A stretch of DNA of 64,000 bases from Yuukianura sp. NJ FZ-2021 (taxonomy: Eukaryota). The stretch covers positions 3,534,001 to 3,598,000 of the forward strand of contig CM102290.1 of assembly GCA_046563655.1 (NCBI GenBank). Direction: 5' to 3'. Positions 57,601-64,000 of this stretch are shown in pieces (the first letter of the stretch is position 1; the number at the start of each line of letters is the position of its first letter). Made by a program: the position numbers and the translations under genes. The notes beneath the pieces are model-generated. The model ran no database searches. It saw only the letters and a program-made list of their open reading frames with translations, and was not told the origin of the DNA.

Positions 57601-60600
57601 GTGCGCATGCTCATGGCAGACACTTATGACGTTAAGTGACAGCGCATGAGCAATCGATCCTCTAAAATCCTCACGCCGGACTAATAATTCATGTGACCTC
57701 AATGACCTCTGTTTCCCCTCCGCCCCTTCACTGTTGCTCATCTTCACTAATTCACAAAGTCTTGTAAAGTTTCCTCCTTATTAATTAAGTTCTAAATTAT
57801 TTTACACCTCAAAATTATGAAAAAAATAGTTTAAAGAAACCGGTTAGTAAGTTGAATGATGAATGGAGGAACTTGGAACACAATGAGGGTCTTTTTGTAC
57901 AACGGAGTTATGAGTGCGAATAATTACAAGTTATTGTTTTTGTTGTTAGAGGCGTCAAGTGCAGTAAACACACTTGAAAATCTACAATAACTAGTTAGAG
58001 TGGAACATGGGGTAAAATAAAAAAAAAAGTAAATAAGTGGGAACATTTCATTCAAACTTTAAAAAAAATTTTTTTTTGCATTGTTTTGGTTTTTGTTCTC
58101 AAATGTAAAGTGTTCCTGAGTACCGTTACAAATTTTTTCTTGAAATAAAAAAAGTGGACCTGAGAGACAATGGAAAGGAAGAGTGCAATTCCCACGGTAG
58201 AAAAATTTAGGACGCCTACCGTAAAAAGCCCTACCCATACCTAAATACAACTGCTAACCTTAAAATCAAAGTCAAGTTAACGAAAATTTGAATAAGAAAC
58301 TTGAAAATTTTGAAAATTTTAGTTTCAAAAACACCGTTTCAAAAAAATTATTTCATAATTTCCGCAGTAGAATATCTTCAGGCGTATTTTTGTGCTTACG
58401 GCGGCGGTGAAATTTTTTTGAGCTCGCTACAGCAGCATAATTTTTCTGTAGTTACTCCCTGCGTCTGCTCAGTTTTGTTTACTATCTACGCCTGTACGAT
58501 TGTTTTGTGTTCACTGCACCGACTTTTATTTTTTTAGTGCTCATGCTCACAACAGCGGCAAATTTTGAATTTGTGTTTACTGCGCTTGTGCAGGTCTACT
58601 GACGCTGTTCATCTTTCTAACTTTGATTAATTGGAGAGGTAGAGATGAATTTATCAGAAAAAGTAATCGATGAGGGAACATTTTTAATTAAAGCGAGCAA
58701 ACTTTTGCTCTGCTGCACTTTTGTGTTGCACTCACCGTGACTTCTGGCGAAGAAGAAGAAGCTTCCGCTTCATAAAGTGACGAAGACGAGGCTTGGGAAG
58801 TTGGGCTCGCTAGGCCTTCAACTCCTTCCTCAGTTGAATCTTCTGCAGAATCAACACTTTTCCGTCCACTGCATCTTCCTACTACATCCACCACCTATAA
58901 AAAATTTCAAAAAAAAATCAAGGAAGAGTAAAAATGTATGATCAGAAGCAAATTTGGTTCACGTTTCAAAAAGGAACCGCATCCGCGAAAGAGAATTGGT
59001 GTGAAGATGGTAGCTTCAAGCGAATTGTAACAAAAAATTCGTTAAAGTTCCTGCCAATCAAAAATGGTTGGCAGAACCGCTACCGTACGTTTTTGTTTTT
59101 ATTTTTTCACAGAAAAAGTTGTAGAAAAGTAATAAATTCAAAGCATTCCTTCCATGCTACAACATTCGCTTCTCATTTTTTAAAAACGTCCGATTTTTTT
59201 GATAAATTGTGTAAACTGTCCAACTCTAAATAGTGACATGTGACCTAAATTACTTTTCTTAAAACTTCTTTACATCCAAAATTTAAATCAAAAGAAACCT
59301 AATGATATCCAACTGTGAAAGAGAAATTTAGCAAACTGCAAATGCAAACGTGAAACTTTTTGTTAGCTCATGCGCGTCAAGCCTTAATGAAGATCGAGTT
59401 CAAATTAAACGCAGTCTTCACATGAACGTTTTCATTCTTAAAGTAGTAGAACTAAAACACTAAAAAAAATTATTGGACAGAGTAAACTAGGTTATTTCAA
59501 AGTTCCAACTTATTATTAATACCTTCAGTTTCATAAAAAATATTTACACAAAAATCAAAACTTTTGAAATTTTGAAAAATTTACCCGACTGCTTTGATTT
59601 GAAGCTTCCAAGTCACCAAGTTCAAGAAGACGAAATTCTAAAAGTTCATTTTGATCTTTAGATTCTCTCAGTTCTTCCTGTAACTGACCAATTGTTGACT
59701 CCAACAGCAGAACTTTGGCACGCTGACGCTCAATTTCATGTCGAATGGTTGGACATGAAATTTTTAAATCTCCCTCTTCAAGGTCATCTGAGTGACCCCC
59801 CGACGGGGGCCAGGGGTAGTCTGGGGTCAAAGGGGAACCACTCTCACTTCGAAAGTTTTCACATTCCTCTCCAGTGTCATCTCCCTCTTCTTCTGGAAGT
59901 GTTTCAAGAGGAACTGGACCAAACTGAAAAGCAGAAAACAAAATTTGAAATTCTTTCGAAATTTTGAAACTTTGATAAAAAGGAGGTCAAGTTCTTTTCT
60001 TATCCAGACCGGAAAAGTTTGTTGTCTAACATATGTTTAAGGGGATGTGGGCGTGTGCGGACGTGCCTTTAAATTCCTGTTAATTGTGTTTAACAAATTG
60101 TATTTTTTGTTCAATTTACACACTTTTATGGTGAATTTGACAAGATGCTGGTAAAATTTCAATTTGAAAAGAGAAAAACTAGGGAATGATGACAACCTTG
60201 CACGCCTTCCAATACCTGTCGATAATCAATCTCTGTGTGATTGACTTTGACAACAAAGAAGGGAAACTACAATGGATTGGACATGCTATTCTACACCGTA
60301 ACCTAACTTTTCATTCAACAGTACCTAGCTCAACACGCATGTCCTACAAAACTGAAGACAATCCCATCAGCATTCAAAATGCTCAAATCCGTTTACCTTC
60401 GCCTATTCTGTAAATTTGTTGACGCCCAAGCTCAAATCCGATCCTGCGCAACCTAACTTAATATTTTGATGAATCAACTGCGCATGACAGTCGAAAAGCT
60501 CATGCACCATAGTGTCATTGACTCAAAAAGATCCGTTGATGTAAAAATGTAGGTCAAGTGTCGAGTAGTAACTTACGTGATGATGGTAGGGAGTGAATGA

Positions 60601-60636
60601 AAGTTCCTGGAGCGTTGGATGACCCGTTTCCTTCAT
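51617..60636 (-). CDS. JAKMIP-related long coiled-coil protein with a C-terminal FN3-like domain, multi-exon; 5' end uncertain
   Basis: LRESKDQNELLEFRLLEL (JAKMIP-type motif), FQESGIFE, MEEAENDSRNLCQR, a 507-codon ORF (55290-56813) containing a large coiled-coil exon, and final exons LLVSWCANPPVDGYE|ISVNG...RRRALLHGL...SITYIA stop (51619-51617). Candidate start MKETGHP at 60636 splices in phase 0 to FGPVPLETLPEEE. Confidence 0.75.
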
Positions 60637-63600
60637 CTTCCATTCATCTTCTGCTGGTTGACTTCTTTGACAGAACAGGATTGCATCAAAACCGTTTTTA
60701 GTTTTCAAAAAAGTACGAGCAGCAGCGACTTGTGGACTTTCGTTACTGAAAAATTAAGAGCCAGTTAATTTTTTGAAGGAAGTGTATGGTGGGCAGCGGG
60801 CATAAATTAAGTTAGAGTTCAACTGAATCATAAAAGTGTGACAGAGGTACAATGGAATGGCCTACTCAAAGAACAATAGACTTCTGCCCTAGCATTCACT
60901 TGTGCTAAAGTAGAAGGCACTTAAGACTAAGTTCTACTGAAGAAGGTGAGGCATCATCTCTTCAGTCCACGATTAGTTACTTCCTCCAAATTATATTTAA
61001 ATTATATTTATTACAACTAATTACACGAAACGCTCCCTATACTATATGTCTCGTACAGATCCAAGAATTCTAGATAACAATGAATAATTTTTACCTTGTC
61101 CCTATTTTTCAATTGGTGAAGAAGTATATACTTAGCTACTACTTGTAACAAGCGTAGTTATTTTTTCAAAATTTTGATTTTTTTTTTCTGCATGAAGGTG
61201 CGCTAATCGCTTTGGAACATCTCTTCCTTACATATTCACTTCCCTTTAATTACGAATTAGAGTTACAATTAGTTTGTAACAGGAGTTCAGTCGATTCAAA
61301 TCAATAATCTGCAAATGAAATCAGAATTTTAATTTCTTTCATTGCGCATGCGCCCAGTCAACCACCAATCCTCTTTATGGTACAATTCATTTCGTAATCC
61401 AACAGTTACTCCCTCCATTTCATCTTGCATCAAAGAAATTAAAAACGATTATGGAATGTATTACAACCCATTACACTAAAATCCTACTTTCCAATTCGCA
61501 TTTTTTTAGTTCCTTCTCGCTCCACTGTTGTTCAGAACACGAAAAAAACGTAATGTGTCATATTTCAAAAATGTTTTTCCAAAAAAAAAAATTATTAATT
61601 TAGTAACAATTTTCTTTGTCATTTTTAGAACCAGGCTGTTTAGAAACAGTTTTTGGAACAAATGAATTCAAGTTTCAAGAACAAAATGATTTGTCAACAT
61701 TTGAAAAATTGCAAATTCAAGACTTCGCAATGTTTCGGAATTAAAAAAAAATTTAGAAGCAGAGTAACTTTTTTTGAAAATCAAATGCATTTTCATACAT
61801 TGCAAAAACAAGCGTTGAAATTTTCTTACTCTCTTAACAAATCTTTTTAAAGTTTAACAACTTAGACTTGACATTCGACAGAACAATAGGTGAGAAAAAA
61901 GTTGTTAATGAGCTCTAGAACTGTCGAAGTTAAAGTTTAATTGAAAATTGCAACAGGTAAAGTTTAATTGTTTATTTTACAAGACAATGAAAACAATAAC
62001 GGAGAAATTGAGGGAAGTAGGGACATTGTTGTTAATTATTGGAACAGTCAAGGTGAAAAACACATGCACCAGAAATTAGATCCCACTTATTCTCTTTCCT
62101 CGTGGCGTAATTTTCCACTTGACAGGAGAAAGTTAGCAATTACAAAAAAAACAGCAACAGATACTCAACCCACACTTTTTAGTAACTGATAGTTACTCCC
62201 TCCACGCAAACACATTTGATCCACATTTATCAAATTTTTTTTTACAATTTCCAATAAGCTCCACATTTTAACTTCAGTCAGAAGTTGATCCAAAAAAGAG
62301 AAATTTTTATCATCCATACCCCAAAGGGAGGTTGAAATTTCAATTCCAAGAAAAATGCGTAACAAGACAATCACGCTGCTTTTCAAATTAAAAAAAAATA
62401 TTCTCGGCGGCACTTGCGCCAAAAATTTCAATTTCCAATTATACAAAGTATACAAAGTAGCTAGTTACAATGCGGAAATTTTTTTCACTTCGCATTAGTC
62501 TAATCTTTTGATCTGCCACAACCAGATCAGTTGCCAAAATTGAGCTCGAGTAGTGTCAATATTTGATCTCAATTTGAATTCTAAATGGCAAAAACTACAA
62601 TTGAAACGATTAAAGTTTAAAAAAGAGAAAGAAAAAGTGAGCGTGGGAGACTCTGCTCCATTTTGTGTCCTGCGGTTAAAAAAATCAAAACGTGAACTTT
62701 GCAAATTGGACTAAAATGTGCAAATTTTTTTCACATGGTAAAAACAAAAATGAGATTTTGGAATTCTACATGTTTATGCATATGAAATTTATTTTGAAAA
62801 AAAAAGTTCATGCGCTAAAAATTGTAATTGCTCAACCCAAAGTGCACTTTGATGATATTCCAACCACTTAGCAAGTGAAGTCAAAATGTTTCAAAGGAAA
62901 AGTGGGTTGTTGAACTGACGAAAGCGTTATTTATTGAAGGAAAAGTTGGTCGATTCCTTTTGAACAAGTGTCACTTGAATACCTACACTTGTTGGGTTAC
63001 TTACCGTAAAGATCCAAATACTGTCTTAGGTTCCTATTTTCCAAATACTGGTCAAAAACAATTTTGGCCAACTTTTAGAAGTTTTACGGTAGATTTGAGG
63101 CTCTAGGTTACAGTTTTAAAGAATGTCAGGACAAGGACTTGCTTTGGTTGATTCTAATCTAAACACTTAAGGAAAAATCAATAAGGATTTAGATTTCCCT
63201 TTCATCCGAAATTTGAGCCAAGGCCCCTAGTGCCCTTCAAAGCGTTTGTTTTCACTTTCTAAATTGGAATTCAAAAAAAGCGGAATTTTTTTTTAAGCAA
63301 ACATTCTTTTGAAGAATTGCTTTGAAAAAAGCAAAAATGTATAGAAGTAATTGTGGACTCAAGTTCTCATGCGCAAACTTTTAACTAACAAGTGAAAATT
63401 AATGTGAATTTGTGGAACTCATATAGTTATCAATTAGAAGAGAAATCGTAAAATTTCAAAAACATTTTTTTTTTCGTTTTTGAGAAATTTTTAATTCTCA
63501 AACTAAATATTTTGTTAATTTTCACTTTGAGAGTGTGAAAGTTCGAAATTGAATGTGTAAAGTAACTGTACAGTAGCAGGTAAGTGTAAAACTATTCTAA

Positions 63601-64000
63601 ATTTTCGCGCGTGTGCCTAGTAATTAGCACAGGTCTTCACTGTTTTAATTAAGTTTTGAGCTAATTGGGTTTTTAGTTTTACTTTTAAAATAGTTTCAAT
63701 TAGTTTTTGACTGACATTTACATAATTGGAAGTTTAAAAATAAATCCCCCACTAGCATTTAACCTGCAACTGACTTTATGTAGAACACTTTCGTTGAGTG
63801 ACACGTGGAAATTGGCAATTATTGTTTTGGTTCATTTTGTAAACAATTTATTTGTTTTGTAAACAATTGTATTGGCATAGTTGGGCACTTCTATTGTTCT
63901 GGCAGTTGAGTAGAGTTGGGCGTGGCTGCTTGACTTGGTGCCCCTTCTGCCTCACTTTCCTTGTCACTCAGCGTGTGAACTTATGAAATTGTCATACTTC

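Overview
AT-rich eukaryotic genomic DNA with many short GT-AG introns, most likely from an arthropod (DM4/DM12-like gene, NPF-type receptor, TCAGTT initiator); the species cannot be named from sequence alone. The left 16 kb is gene-dense: a truncated gene starting MGARIS (-), an intronless orphan ORF (+), an ELAPOR/KIAA1324-family gene (+), PRPF4 (-) and COPA (+), the last two head-to-head. The rest is sparse: a small Gly/Tyr/Ser-rich membrane protein (+), a DM4/DM12-like secreted protein (+), an NPF/NPY-type GPCR (-) with about 13 kb of upstream non-coding DNA, and a JAKMIP-like coiled-coil gene ending in an FN3-like domain (-). Scattered non-autonomous elements include hAT-like MITEs, foldback elements, a minisatellite and a tRNA-derived element. 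The most notable observation is a long intronic RNA duplex in COPA that masks an in-frame alternative 5' splice site just downstream of Ile164, the codon that is A-to-I recoded in mammals. Others are an exon-intron inverted repeat over an ELAPOR donor site, a 5'UTR intron built from MITE sequence, and a 30-bp-period motif/spacer array. All gene models were built by eye and no database searches were run.
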